This document shows positions 1 to 14,500 of a DNA stretch of 64,000 nucleotides, one piece after another; positions within the stretch are counted from its first letter, which is position 1, and every line of letters begins with the position of its first letter. The translations under genes and the position numbers were made by a program. The DNA comes from Rhizophagus irregularis (lineage: Eukaryota), in assembly GCF_026210795.1 (NCBI RefSeq), contig NC_089434.1, forward strand, positions 992,001 to 1,056,000. Direction: 5' to 3'. The notes beneath the pieces were generated by a model, which saw only the letters and a program-made list of their open reading frames with translations, was not told the DNA's origin and did not search any database.

Positions 1-449
1 TTTTTAGATCTACTTTATTACTTCATATATTAATAAAAAAAAAAAGAATGTATTGTTTAGTTAATTTGTCAATCTTTATTATTAAAAAAAAGTCATGTAA
101 ATATAACATTTTTGTGAAATTATAGAAAAAAGAAAATCTACAAAACATTATCGAAGTAAAAAAGTGTTGAGTTAAAAACCTAATTTTGTTTTATTTTTAA
201 ACAAAATTCGTAAATGAACTCGCCGATAAATAAACAATGAAAAAATAAATTTTTCATACAAATCCATATTAGATTTATACCAGAACGAAATCTGCTGATC
301 TACTCTTGAATCACTTAGATCTAAAGACCAACATGTTGGAAGCCTTTTCAATGGCCCCGAATAGTTTGTGTATACTGCGGAAAACTTTTACTTATTTACC
401 TTAATGGGATCATCTAACCGTATTTGATAGAAATTTACTCACTAGTTTA

Positions 450-980
450 CAGCAAAATTCGAAATATAAGTGGACACTTTGAAAATTTTTATTGCCGAGA
501 TTGTCGGGTACTCGGGTTACTCGGCTAGTCGGGTTATTTAGAGACGATATATAACACGTGACATATATATATATAATGGCGTAGTATAATAATGGTTATA
601 TCATTGGTAGCCTTAATGACCATGATTTTTTCATATCCGTATGTTACACATAATGAGAACTTATTTATAGTTTATTTGTTGGATAGTTTAATAGTTAGTT
701 TGTCCTTTTCTCATTTTCACGAAAAATTTTATATTACGCACTAAATAAATAAAATAATATATGACGGATATGAGCAAAAAGATCGGCATCAGGATACCGG
801 ATATTATAGTATAATAAAGTATAATATACTATATAATGTAATTATGTTATATTAAAATTTAATTAAAGTATACCCCCATCATATATATATATGTCCTTTC
901 TAATAACCCGACCAGCCGAGTAACCCGAGTACCCGAAAATCCCGACAATAAAAATTTTCAAAGTGTCCACTTATATTTCG
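450..980. mobile_element. MITE with ~80-bp TIRs (CGAAATATAAGTGGACACTTTG...), TA-flanked, Tc1/mariner-like; right end lacks the outer 10 bp
   Basis: 460-540 is the reverse complement of ~901-980; the duplicated segment near 4091-4105 shows the empty site (CTAGTTTA/ATATAAT). Confidence 0.8.
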
Positions 981-999
981 TAATATAATTTTTATTTAG

Positions 1000-1108
1000 C
1001 CCTACAAAAAAAATTCTGAAAAAAACTCCGATAAATGGTCATTTTTCTAGTTTTATTCCAAAGAAACTCGGACACGTGATCATTTATCTGAAAAATTTTT
1101 TTATAGGG
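1000..1108. mobile_element. 109-bp mini element with CCCTA...TAGGG termini (CMC/CACTA-type ends)
   Basis: Terminal CCCTAC/ATAGGG; absent from the duplicate at ~4115; inverted sister copy at ~8898-9004. Confidence 0.75.
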
Positions 1109-2301
1109 AACAATTCTACAAATATTATTATTTGGCGAAAAGTTTAAAAATGGCAATTTATGTGGAATATTGGAATTCCGGATATTGGGATCGGGTTATT
1201 AGAATTCAGGGTATTGGGATTTGGAATATTTGGATTCAGGATTCGGGATTCGGGAAATTGTATTTTTCAGGAAAGGGTCCAGTTCGGGAAATTATTATTA
1301 TTGGTTTCGAGGAAAGATTTTCAGGTGGTCCGACGATGAACGCCACGTTCACAGTTATAATGAATTATTCGAAAATGGTTATAATTTACTCTCAGAAATT
1401 GTAGAAACATTATTCACTTTCTTTTTTTGTATTTATTGTTAATAATTATATATACCTACCATAAAGCGTTTTTTATAGTTCTTGGATATACTAGGGAGTA
1501 AGAAATATACATAAAAAATTGAATATTTAATAAGAACCAAACATGTTATTTTACTCATAGAGATAGCCATGGTTACGTATTTATAATAAATTATTATTCG
1601 AAAATAGTTCTAATAAGGAAACCTTTAAATTGATTATATTATTACGTGTTCACGTATGAATATAGATTATTAATTCTGGAAACATGAACTTTTTACAGAA
1701 AAAGGACTCTAAAGATAAGATGCAAGAATGAAAAATAAAAAATCAAGATGATGATCCAAAAAAAAGTAAAATCAAATAAGTGTTGTGCAATGCAAAATTC
1801 GGCAAAGATGGAATATAAAAAACGGGAGAAAGAAAATTACTAAGAGTAAGATCACTTTTTTAAACGTTTGATTAGTAATGACTAAAGATACATGGCCATA
1901 TTTTTGAAACCAGAATTTTATACTATTGTCTTTTTGCATTTTTACTGTTTAAAGTTGCATTATTTTAGTATTTTAGCGCTTTTGAAGTTTCCTTTTTTTA
2001 ATAACATAATAAAAATGTAAAAAATTTAGTGATGTAGAACACATAAATTTTGTGATTTAATTTATTCGTATGATACTTAAAAAGTATAAGTAAGTATATA
2101 ACAACAATTAATACCGGCCCGAAAAGTTTTCCCAGCCCGGAAACTCTTTGAAAATGGATTGCCGATCCGGTTCAAAATTTTCACGTGGTTTTTGGGTAAA
2201 AATCTAATAGAATAAAATTTCTATAAATATGCTTTCTATCCCTAAAAAAAAAAAGCAATTAATTTTGTCATAATTTCATTTACACTAAAAAACCTTAAAA
2301 C

Positions 2302-2360
2302 ATGCCGGTTGAGAATGGACAAACAACTTTCCCAACAACCTCACAGGATAAACTGAACAT
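2302..2360 (+). pseudogene. 5' fragment of the membrane-protein gene family of 6093 and 30058
   Basis: MPVENGQTTFPTTSQDKLN matches MAIENEQTTFPILSQNKDKL; upstream 2210-2301 matches 5990-6092. Confidence 0.75.
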
Positions 2361-2451
2361 AAAAAAAAAAATTATTATAAATCGTCAGTTTTTAATTCTC
2401 ATAAACTGGCAGTTGTTCTAAATTATTGTGAAACAAAGATCATAAGCGTCA

Positions 2452-2892
2452 CCATAAAAAATTCACTATCACGTGATTCAAATGTGGCGCTCAATTTTTT
2501 TTTAATTTTGATGAGAAAAAAAAACCAAAGTTTTACTTTAATATTTACCATAAAACGTTTATAATTTCAACCATATTATGCCTATAACTATTTATCTGAA
2601 AAACTTTTTTTATCCTAGTAATATATAAATAGATCAAAATTTTGTACTTTAAGCAATATTTCCCAAATAAAAAGAAAAAAAGATCAGCTAATATTATATA
2701 TATATATATATAAGTATTGAGTATAGGTTTTTAATAAAACGTATTTTATAGATATAATATCTGAAATATCTGAAGGGGGAGGGGGAGAGAGAATTAAATA
2801 AATCAGCAACGCGCTAAAAAAAAAATATAAATATTTAAAAAAGTTTGAAATTAAGCCACATCACAGATCACATGATAGTGAATTTTTTATGG
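2452..2892. mobile_element. MITE with TIR CCATAAAAAATTCACTATCACGTGAT
   Basis: TIR at both ends; related copy in opposite orientation at ~6994-7598. Confidence 0.75.
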
Positions 2893-5800
2893 ATAGATAT
2901 TTTAATTGGAGTAATGGCTAAGTAAATATTATTTACCTTTATTATCTAATAAATCATGATGGAACCGAAAATGAATCTAAAAAGGAAGATATTAATAATG
3001 ATAATGGCAAAGAAAATTTTTTAAATAAAAATTAATTTAAAAAAAAAAGTTTTAAAGAAAAATGCTTCAAACCTTACCTAAATCAAAGCTGATAACTTTA
3101 TTTAAATTAATAAATTTTTTACTGTATCTTTTTTTGAAGTTTCAGAAAGTTCTGAAGCTTAACAATCCAATGTCCAAAGGAATCAAACAAAACAATAAGT
3201 AAAAGAGAACACGCCCTATAAAAGAGAAGTTGAAACTCGGCTGATCAGACTAGTCATGGTTTGTACAATTTTTTAGATGGATATTTTCTCTTGGTTTGAT
3301 TCAGCTCTTTTCACTGTAATTTTTTAAAAAATTCTTTTTATATAATAAAACATTATTAATTTTTCATTTTTATTTTGTAGGTTCTTTTTGATTCATTTTG
3401 GCTTCAAAAGGTGAGGTTTTTTTTTTAGAAAATTAACTTTATGGAAACATTTTACTAACGTTCAGTTACTTTTTTTTTGTAGGAATTGCTGGACGCTACG
3501 TTACTTCTTGGACTTCTTCTGTTGGAAGCAAATTCAAAATTTTTAAAATTATTTTTATATTTTTTTGCAGGTTATCGGTAGATTGAATTCTCGGATTCTG
3601 GGTGATATGATTGGTAAGTTTTGAAACGTTTCGTTAGAGCTAATAGTAAATTTTTGCTAACTTCCTATGACCTATTTACATATTACTCGGGGTCCTAACG
3701 AAATCCTAATTAATCTAATCTACTCTTGAATCACTCAGATTAGTGTTGCTTGCAGCACATTACAACATGTTTAATTTCGGCCAAATTCATAATTCCGGCG
3801 TTATATCACGTGAAATGGAGAACAAGTTTCATAATGTCACACAAGCGTCATCGATCACTACTATACAAGTCACGTGACATGCATTAATTACGACGACTTT
3901 ACGCGCAACCTTTACAAAGTATTGCAACTATTATGAAACATTTCCATAACCAACATGTTGGCGGCCTTAATAAATTTCAAAATAATGTCTTATCCCAATG
4001 GCCCCGAATAGCTTGTGTATACTGCGGAAAACTTCTACTTCTTTACCTTAATGGGATCATCTAACCGTGGGTACTGGATAGAATTTACTCGCTAGTTTAA
4101 TATAATTTTTATTTAGCAATTCTACAAATAATATTATTTGGCAAAAAGTTTAAAAATAACAATTTATGCGGTCAGACTCAGGATATTGGGATTTGGGAAT
4201 ATCGGATTCGGGATTCAAGGATTTGGGAAATTGTATGTTCAGGAAAGGGTCCAGTTCGGGAAATTAGTATTCAGGAAAACGACTCCGGGGAAGATATTCA
4301 GGGGACCCGACAATGATCATACGGTCACATAGTTATAATGAACTATTCGAAAATGGTTATAATTTACTCTCAGAAATTGTAGAAACGTTATTCACTTTCC
4401 CTTTTTGTATTTATTTTTAATAGGATGCCATAAAGCGTTTTGATATACTAGGGAGTAAGAAATATATATGAATATTTAATAAGAACTTATTTTTTATTGT
4501 ATCAACAGATAGTCAGGGTAATAAATTATTCGAAAATGTTTTATTACGTGTTCACGTTCACAGAACGAAAACGAAACGATAAGTAATATCATGAGTTTTT
4601 AATCCTTTTCATTTTCAAAATAAATTATGGCTTGATTTTTCTGTAAATCTTTCCAAAACAAGTATAATTAATTCTTTTTATCCACATTTGCCACATTTTA
4701 TAAACTATTCGTCACACCGATTATGATAATAAAGAAAATTAACAGTTTAATAGATTTATATTTATTAAGTGTCGGTTTGGTTAACTTTATACTCCTTTTT
4801 TTTTAGTTGTTTCCCAATCCTAACATTCCCGTCTTGACAATTTTTTTTATTATGCCCTATAAGGGAAAATCCCGATAAATGATCATTTTTCTGGTTTCAT
4901 TCCGAAAAAACACTGATTTTCTAAAAAATTTTATAAACCCTATAGTCTTGCGGGCTTCATTGTGTGAATGAATGTATCAAATATATGTATGAAAAATTTT
5001 ATCTGAACTCCGTAAAAATGAGCCTTTCCCGGATCCCATTCTAAATTATTCTGGGATATAAAGAAAACGGATCGACTAGGAAAGAAATTACTATGGTTAA
5101 AATCACTTTTTTAAACTTTTAATTACAGATTTAGCAATTTTTTTTATTAACCACTTATAAAACATTTTATTATTTCTGTAAAAACTTCTTAACAATGACA
5201 TCAATGGCATCGTAAAATTTTTAGCGAATTCCATACACTCCCATATATCTTACATATTTTAATCTTCGAAATTCGTTTTCACGAGGTATTTGGAAAATAT
5301 CAGATTTCCGCACCACATATTTTCATGTGGATTTCCATGTGGAAAATAATTTGATAAATTCAGTTATATACAGTAAAGTTATTAATTCAGCTTTTTACGG
5401 AAGCAATACATTTTCCGGGCGGTAGGCATCAAATTATTGTTATATATTTTTAAGTGGTTAATAATTTTATTTTATAAGTTTGATATTTTTTAAATATCGT
5501 ATGAATAAATTAAATCACAAAATTTATGTGTCTTACGTCACAAAAAAATTTTTTTTTTATAAAAAAAGAAAATTGAAATTGAAACTTTAAAACACTAAAA
5601 TACTAAAATAATGTAACTTTAAACAATAAAAATGTAAAAAGACAATAGTATAAAATCCTGGTTTCAAAATATGGCCAAATGCGGCCTTTAGTCATTACTA
5701 AACTAAACGTTAAAAAAAGTGATTTTACTCTTAGTAATTTTCTTTCTCCCGTTTTTTTATATTCCATCTTTGGTATACATGCTGATCTGCACAACACATT

Positions 5801-6092
5801 TTTTTTTGGATTATAATCTTTGTTCTTTGTTGTTTTTTATTTTTCATTTTTGCATCTAGTCCAGTTCACCTTATACCGTTTGTGTAGTACATTTTTCACG
5901 TGAATTGGTAAGGATCTTTTCTTATTTTTGTCGGAGTTTTTTCCAGAATTTTCTTTATAGGGCCACATGTTTAAATATGTCAAATAAAATAAAATTTCTA
6001 TAAATATGTCTTCTATCTCTCAAAATAACCTCACTTCAAAAAAAAGTAATTAATTTGTCATAATTTCTTTTTACACTAAAAAAACCCAAAAC

Positions 6093-6854
6093 ATGGCGAT
6101 TGAGAATGAACAAACAACTTTCCCAATTCTCTCACAGAATAAAGACAAATTAAAAATTATTTTGAGGGTCGGATTAATGATATTTATTGAATTCGCCCTT
6201 CCAATTGCCCTTTACTATATTCTTAGTATTTTTATACATGGAGTAAAGCCATTTCTCATATCAAGTGCCCCAGCATCTATTGCTACTATATACGGACTTA
6301 TAAGGAGAAGGCGTGTCGACATTATAGGATCACTCGTATCAAACTGCCTTACTTTCGGTGCTTTGATATCAATATTTTATGGCAATCCAAAGATTCAACT
6401 ATTAGAAAAATTTATGAATATGACTCTCCTTCCCTTTCATATAATAGCAATGATTAGCTTAATTCCGATAAAAATTGGTACCTTTAAATTGCGACCATTA
6501 CTATTCTATATTTTTAAAGAATTGACAACAGGTGGAGCCTTTAGTTATTTAAGTCCAAAATTGATAGATGAAAGTTGGGACAGGTATTGGGTTTCTTACC
6601 AATATTTTCGACGTGGTTTCATCTTTATGACAGTGATCTGGGGATTTGGGCTTCTTTCTGAAATTTTAGTTCGTGTTATGATTATTTACAATCTTACGCC
6701 CGTCAAAATGTCACCTGAAAAAGCACTTGCTATGTCAAACATAATTCATTATATTTGGTTAGCTAAATTTGCATTATTAACTCTATTTCTCGTTAGACGG
6801 ATGAAGAAACAAAAAGATAAATTAGTTGCTGATTCTGATAAACCTCCGGAATAA
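6093..6854 (+). CDS. Intronless multi-pass membrane protein, resembling bacterial VC0807-like family
   Basis: 253-aa ORF, ~6 hydrophobic segments, motifs LPIALYY, RRRRVD, W..YW.SY.YFRRG, WGFGLLSE; paralog of 29252-30058. Confidence 0.8.
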   Translation: MAIENEQTTFPILSQNKDKLKIILRVGLMIFIEFALPIALYYILSIFIHGVKPFLISSAPASIATIYGLIRRRRVDIIGSLVSNCLTFGALISIFYGNPKIQLLEKFMNMTLLPFHIIAMISLIPIKIGTFKLRPLLFYIFKELTTGGAFSYLSPKLIDESWDRYWVSYQYFRRGFIFMTVIWGFGLLSEILVRVMIIYNLTPVKMSPEKALAMSNIIHYIWLAKFALLTLFLVRRMKKQKDKLVADSDKPPE

Positions 6855-6993
6855 TCTATTTTATAAATACCAAATGAGACTCATAATGCTAGAGCAGGCT
6901 CTGCTAACTCCTTTATATTTTTGCTGTCGGCATCTATTTTTTTGATAACCATATTATATTCATATCTTGTGATAGTTAGTAATATGCCAGCAG

Positions 6994-7598
6994 CATAAAA
7001 AATTAACTATCACGTGATCTGTGATGGGCAATTTTTTAAAATTTTTTTTTATTTTTTTTTAGCGCGTTACTGGTTTATTTAATTCTCTCTCCACTTTCTC
7101 CAGATATTTCAGATATTACTTTTATTCATATCTATAAAATACGTTTTATTAAGTTTTATTAAAAACCTATACTTAATACTATATATATTTAAAATATTAG
7201 CTGTTCTTTTTTTGTTTTTTTTTTTAAGCAGAAATCTCTCATAAATTTTTTTATAATCAGTCAAACTTTATAATCTTTTTTTCTTCTTTTTATATGGGAA
7301 ATATTGCTTAAAGTACAAAATTTTGATCTATTTTATATATATTATTAGGTAATACAATTATATTGTAAAAACATCTACAAAACTATAAATAAAAAAAGTT
7401 TTTCAGATAAATAGTTATAGGCATAATATGGTTCATTATTTAATTTGGAATTTTTATTAAAATACTTGAAATTATAAATGTTTTATGATAAATATTAAAG
7501 TAAATTTTTGGTTTTTTTTTCTCTCATCAAAACATCGCGCAAACAACCTTAAAATTGAGCGCTACATCCGAATCACGTGATAGTGAATTTTTTTATGG
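6994..7598. mobile_element. MITE, inverted relative of 2452-2892
   Basis: CATAAAAAATTAACTATCACGTGAT ... ATCACGTGATAGTGAATTTTTTTATGG; interior is the reverse complement of 2452-2892. Confidence 0.75.
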
Positions 7599-7624
7599 TG
7601 ACGCTGGGGTAGTTGTAATATGTG

Positions 7625-8227
7625 CGGACGTATGGTACGAAATCCCGAAACTCAAAATCCCGAAACTCAAAATCCCGAAATCCAAAATCCCGAAATCCAA
7701 AATCCCGAAAAATTGGCCCACATTAAGCTTTAATGCTGCCTGAAAGACGCTCTGTAAGATTTTGACCTGTCTGGATTTTGGATTTCGGGATTTGAGTTTC
7801 GGAATTTTGGCCTGTCGGGATCTTGAGTTTCGGAATTTTGGACTAGAGTTTGGAATCGATTAAGGTTAATCGATTAATTAATCGACTAAGACGGTTAATC
7901 GATTAAGGTATCTCAAAAATCGGCTAATCGATTAAAATTATCAACCCATAATTCTGGTCAAATTATCTAATGCGGCCCAGAGCTGTGAATTTTTGGTCAC
8001 GTGTTCTCCGAACTTGGAAGAATTTGTATTAATTTTTTAATGATAATAATAATAAATATAACTAAATGTATGATCAAAAACAATTTGGTGCAATCTGCGG
8101 TCAAAAAAAAAAAATTTTTAATATTTTAATATTAATCGATTATTAATCGATTAGGGCCCTTGGTTAATCGATTATTAATCGATTAAGGTTTTTTTGGTCG
8201 GTTCCAACTTCTATTTTGGACGACACC
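7625..8227. mobile_element. Small foldback element with (AAAATCCCGAAAYYC)n subterminal repeats, interrupted by a hAT MITE
   Basis: 15-bp repeats 7639-7710 mirrored by TTTCGGGATTT-type repeats 7773-7843; limits approximate. Confidence 0.55.
7844..8213. mobile_element. hAT-type MITE
   Basis: TIR TAGAGTTTGGAATCGA / TCGGTTCCAACTTCTA, perfect 8-bp TSD TTTTGGAC (7836-7843, 8214-8221), subterminal TTAATCGATT repeats. Confidence 0.9.
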
Positions 8228-8897
8228 TTGTGAGAATATGGCGGAAAATCTTTTTGTTTTAATGAAACTTTTTTAACGGTTTAATTTTACTTTTTTAGAC
8301 GGCTGGGTCTCTGGACACGTGAAATTTTAGTGAGAATCTGTTTCTTTTATTATTTAATTAGAATTGGAATGTTTATAATAATTATATTTACTTTCTTTTA
8401 TAGATTTCAAGTCTGGGACGTGTTGGAAATGCCAGGTGGCAAAATGTATTTTTTTTCTTTTGTAGATTCCAGCTTCGATAGCACTTTGTATAATAAGTTT
8501 CAAAATTGACTTGACTACGAAACTTATTTTTTTTACTTTTTTTTTTGTTTTTACTTCAAATCACCGAGGGTGATCATCACCGTTGGCCAGAATTATCAAT
8601 TTTTACCGGCACTATATTTTTTTAATGCTGGTTGATTGTCATAATTTCAGTCACCGGTCACCCCCGGTGATAGTTAGAAAAATTCTTTTATTAGAAAAGT
8701 TTTTAACGTTTCTTTTATCTTCACTTTCATAGATCCCAGAGGGTTTCGAATTTATACCCGGAATTGAATGGTAAGTTTACACAAAGAAACGTTAAACGTT
8801 TCTAATTAAAAAAATGCAAAAAAGACGGTAACGTTTTTTATTTTTTTATAGGTTTAGTTCTGGCTTCTTTGAATCTCCTTGTTTGTATATTTTTTGA

Positions 8898-9004
8898 CCT
8901 ATAAAAAATTTTTCAGAAAATGATCACGTGCCTGAGTTTCTTCGGAATAAAAACTAGAAAAATGATCATTTATCGGAGTTTTTCCCAGAATTTTTTTTAT
9001 AGGG
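8898..9004. mobile_element. Second copy of the 109-bp CCCTA/TAGGG mini element
   Basis: Reverse complement of 1000-1108. Confidence 0.7.
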
Positions 9005-10773
9005 TGAACGTTAGAACTTGAGGAGGTAATATTTTTTTTTTGAATTTTTTTTTTAGCAAAATGTCAATTAACGCAATGCTAATGTTTAGTTCTTTTTCTT
9101 TTTAGATGAGTCCAGACACGTGGATTTGATGAACAATGAGAAGTGTGGGATTATTCAGAATTTGTAGTTTTTATTGTATAATGATAATATATTTTAATGC
9201 CATAAAAATACTTTAATAATGCTAAAACAATGCTTTGATAGTGCTAAGAAAAATTCATAAATATAGTACAGTTACCACAGTTACCATGCATAATCATGTT
9301 TTTACAATGCGTCGTATAATGATAAATAACAACATGGTTAAACAACGTGATAATAATGCAGTTTTTTGCATTGTTTAATTTTTTGATATTTTAGCAAAGT
9401 TATTAATTCCGGAAATATGACGGAGCCTTTTACGGAAAAAGATGGAATATATAAAACGGATAGACTTTTTACGGGTAGCATCTTGTTGGGATCTATGCTT
9501 TTGTTTTCTCTTCTTGTGTTTTAGGATAGATGTTCTAAAGTAAGCGAAGCTGAAGTGCCGATATAAATGAGATTATACTTAATATGGTTCGAAATGTCAT
9601 ACATGACCACTAAGCAATAAGTTTGTCTTGGTAAGTAGACAGTAATTGTTCCAAATTGCTGAAGTACTCCTGGACAGACAGTTGATTATATTTGATCAGC
9701 AATCCAATCACGTGATACCGATCATATATAAAATGAAATAGAGGATAAAAAAGGAATAAAAAAGGTGAACGGCCGGTACTGCGACTTTGTCTATCATATC
9801 ATTCTAATTATTGAAACTTTAAATTTTTAACAAATTCGGAGAGATTTTCAAAAAAATTTATACTGTTAAACCATGTATACTATTAAACTATTTTATGCTA
9901 TCTACTTAGACTATTTATACTCTACGGCGTCATTGGCCACAGTAAAAGTTACGACATTAATAACATTAACGGCACATTGGGTTCACACTGTTTTGCTGTA
10001 ACTGTGGTCACAATCCGCTATATGCCGGCCAATTCATTGGGACAGTTCCAACTGTATCACCTCCGTTTAGGAGTTGAATTAATTGAATGTTGCTAAAGTC
10101 TCTGGATAGATTTTTCATTTAATAAAGGTTTATTATATTAGTAATACTTTATACAATTGATTTTATTTTCATTAATTTCGATAAATTTAGTCATTATTGG
10201 CATGTTTCAGAAATTTCGGAAGGTTTAAAAATTTGGCAATCTGGCAAAATTCGGTTTCGCCCGCAACACTAGCAACAAATACAGCAGTATATGTTTTTTT
10301 GAAAAATGTGTTCAGATAGTATCTTATACGGATAGTTCAACAAAAAACTTTTCAGAATCTACTATCTGAATTCTGAAAGAGTAACATTTATTTTACGTTT
10401 ATTTGTAGACAAATAAATTTTCAGAATCTTTTTTTCATAAAAGAATAATTTATTTTGATAGATTAGGACAAAGAAAACATTGCAAATTAATTATCAATTC
10501 TTTTCTTAATACTAATCTATATAAATATATTTTTTGTATATAAATTAGTTCACGAGAATTACCATCACAATTTCTGATATTTTGGTGCAATTATTTTAAT
10601 ATTTTCTTTTTTTAAAAAAATATCACTGGCGGTGGCGGTTACCATACTACCAGTGTCTTGTAAAAAGTCGATCCGTTTTTTATATTCCGTCTTTTTTCCG
10701 TAAAAGGCTCATATTTCCGGAATTAATAACCTTATATCACGGAATCTATCGAATTATTTACATTTTCTGTGAA

Positions 10774-11161
10774 TAGTGCTCCTAACGGAACGGGTCGACT
10801 CGGGTCATGTGACCCGACCCGACTTAAGAGCTCGGGTCGGGTTCAATAATTTTTATGACCCGGTGACCCGCATGACCCGACCCGGCTGACCCGAGTTATC
10901 GAACAAATACTAGTTAATTATAATAAATGAATGATAACAAAGCTTCATAATATTACAAATCTATTAAATCCATTATAATTTCATTAAGGTCTCATTATAA
11001 TACCGAAAAAATGGTGGTCGCTCATTTTTTTTCCTTTGAAAATTCGGGTTTAGACCCGGGATATCCGGTTGAGGGTGGGGTTTAGAGTCAAGACCTTTTC
11101 ACTTTGGTCGGGTCGGGTATATCTTCAAAACCCGACCCGACTTGACCCGTTAGGAGCACTA
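10774..11161. mobile_element. hAT-type MITE nested in a TATAGGG-ended repeat
   Basis: TIR TAGTGCTCCTAACGG / CCGTTAGGAGCACTA; 8-bp TSD TCTGTGAA / TCCGTGAA (1 mismatch); GACCCG subterminal repeats. Confidence 0.88.
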
Positions 11162-11590
11162 TCCGTGAATGGATCCGTGAAAGGCTTCATTTTTACGGAG
11201 TTTTTACAGAAATAACGGATAAAATTTTTTATAGGGGTGGTGAATTTATGATGTAATGCAGGCCAGTGTTTTGTTAGGACAATCACCACTGGTGGGCTTT
11301 AGCAATTTTCAAGAAAATTGTTATAAATTGGGAATTTTAAATTTTATTAAATCATAAATCGATTTTATTTGTGAAAAATTATTTGCTCAATTACAAACTG
11401 ATTTAATTTATGTAAATTAAAAGAAATTTTACATATACTCTATAATCAGTGTTGAACAAATCAATATATAATATAGATTTCATCATTCATATTAAAGAAC
11501 ATAAATTTCTTTGACAAATTTGACAAACCTAATTTTAACCCATTTCTTTTTTTAAATGCAATTACTAATATAATAAATAGAATTGTAATA

Positions 11591-14500
11591 TTATATTTCA
11601 CACTCTAAACATTCAGAATGAGGAAGACTTTTTGTAAAGGAATTAAGTAGTCGAGATGTATAAACAGCTTGTGAGTGAATTGTTGATTGTCTTCTTTCCT
11701 CTAAAAATAAGAAATTTGATTTTTTATACTCATTTGCCTTTTTGAATTGCTCTTCAATATCATAATCTTGTTGTTCTCTATAAATATTTAAACGAAATAT
11801 CTCAATCAATTTATATACTTCAGTTACTTTTGGTCTATTGTCTGGATTTGTGTTCCAACACCATTTCATTAAGTCAATATAACATTTCGGTGCTTCTTGA
11901 TCATTTATATAAGGTCTAATTCCATTACAGATATCTAATGCTAAACCTTCATCATGTGCATGATTGTAAAAAGGTTGTCTACCAGTTGCTATAAAATACA
12001 TAATCATACCAAAGCTATATATATCTGCTGCTTGAGTATATGGATTTCCTCTTAATACTTCAGGAGCTACATAAGGCATAACTCCATAAATATTTGTTTT
12101 ATCTATATTATCAGATTTCCCACATAATCCCATATCTGATATACACATTGAAACAAGAATTTCTAAATCAGCGGATATTGATAATATATTACCTGTATGA
12201 AGATCACGATGAACCATTTGATTATCATGAATTTCTTTAAGACCAGTAATAATACTCGTTAACGCTTCTATATTATACGTCCAATCAAATTTCTTATAAT
12301 GCTTGTTTACTAAATTATATAAATTTCCACCTTCTGCATAATCAAGAACCATAATATAATTTTTCGTATCAGGATTTTGAGATATTCCATATATTGCAAG
12401 AATTTCTTTGTATTTTTTAATTGAATATTTTTTAACCTATTAGGACAAAGTAATTATTGTTGATATATTATTTAGAAAACTTTAAATTAAATAAAAAAAT
12501 TTTCATACCTCATTTAAAAATTCTGTAGTAATATTTTGTGAATCATCTAATTGTTTTAAAATGATTTTTTTCTTATCCCTTACATACTTAGTATCACGTC
12601 CATAATAAGATAATGGTCCATCTTTCCATGTTGCTAAATATATTGTGGCAAAACCACCTCTATCTATTTCTTCAATATTACTAAAATGATTGTATGGTAT
12701 CCATTCAAATATTATATCTCTTGGATGACTAATATTTAATTGCACTACTTGTATTAAATTATCAATTTTTATATTTCCACTAGTCCAATTTGTAAAATTT
12801 TCTCTTAAATCATTTATTTGACATGGTTTACACCAATTCTCATTTGTAATTGTGTATTCTTTATCACATTTTTCGCAATATTTATTTTCAGAAACTATAA
12901 TATAATCTTCTGTAATAGGATCTTGAGATATTCCATAGATGGATGGGGAATATTTTTTAACTTATTAATTAATACATATTAATTATAGTATAAATTGCAT
13001 TATTTAAATCAAATATATAACAGAAATTTACCTCACAAGTAATATTTTGTGAATATTTTAAAACAACTCTCGATTCTACTCGTCTTATTTGTTCCTTTTC
13101 ATAAAGATATTTGTAATAATAAAGGTCATTCTTCCATATTGCTGAATATATTTTAGCAAAATTATCATCATTTATTTTTTTTATATTGTTAAATTGATTG
13201 TATGGAATCCATTCAAATAATTTGTCAGATTTGCTTTTAACTTTTAGTTGCATTTTCTGGATTAAATTATCAATATTTTCATCTCCACTGGTCCAGTTTG
13301 CAAAATCTAATTTTAAATCATTCACTTGACAATATATACACCATTCATCTATTTTATTGGCATAATTTGCATATTCTTTACCACACTTTTCACAGTATAA
13401 ATTTATATATTGAGAAACAATAATACAATATTTTGTATTTTGATTTTGAGATATTCCATATATTGATAAATCGTTTTTACTAATCTACAAAATTTTTTTT
13501 TAAAAAAAATAATTAATTATTTTGCGTCAGACATTACCCAATATTATAATGCCTTAAGTGGGTTGGCCAGCATTACTAGGCCAGCCGCACGTCAGACGCA
13601 AATCGGCATCCGTCGCAAACATAGTATATATTGAAAATTTCATACCTTATTTAGGAATTTATTAGTATTTTGTAAGTAATGTAATCTTAAATAAACTTTC
13701 TTATTTGATTCTCTTGCCCATTTATTATTATGACAACTTAATGGGCCATTCTTCCATATTGCTGAATATAAATTATTTTTGTTTATTTCTTTGATGTCGT
13801 CAAACTGATGATATGGTATAAACTCAAATATTCTGTCACTAATAGAGTCGATGTTCCGTCTTTTTCGAATATAATTATCAATTTTTTCATTTCCACTAGT
13901 CCAATTTATAAAGATTTTTTTCAAATAATTCTTTTGGCATCGTTTACACCAATTACAATCTGTATCTATATCATATTTACCACATTTATTGCATATTTCA
14001 TTATAATCTTCTTGAAGAATCATATTATAATCTTTCGTATATGGATTTTGAGAAATTCCAAAAATTTTACCACAATATCTGTTTAAATCTTCTATAACCT
14101 ATTAAGGATATAAAAATAAATTATTATTAATTTTAAAAAAAGGTAATTAAATTAAATTAGATAAAAATAATCTCATACCACATTTAAAAATTTCTTAGTA
14201 ACGTTATATAATTTTAGAGTAATTTTTGTATTCTGTTTATTTCTTATATAATTATTTTTTATTTTATTATAATTTAATGGACCATCCTTCCATATTGCTG
14301 AACATTCTTTAGTAATTTTTTCTTCGATATTATTAAACTGATTGTATGATATCCATTCAATTATTATATCATCTGGTTTATCAATTTTTAATTGCATTTC
14401 TTGAATTAAATTATCAATTTTTTCATTTCCGCTAGTCCAATTTGTAAAATTTTGTTTTAAATTACGTATTTGACATAATCTACACCACTCGTAATTTGCG

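Larger units (their letters stand above)
300..1660 (+). repeat. Segmental duplication, copy 1 (copy 2 at ~3720-4560)
   Basis: Long shared runs, e.g. CAATGGCCCCGAATAG, ATACTGCGGAAAACTT, TTCGAAAATGGTTATAATTTACTCTCAGAAATTGTAGAAAC in both. Confidence 0.85.
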
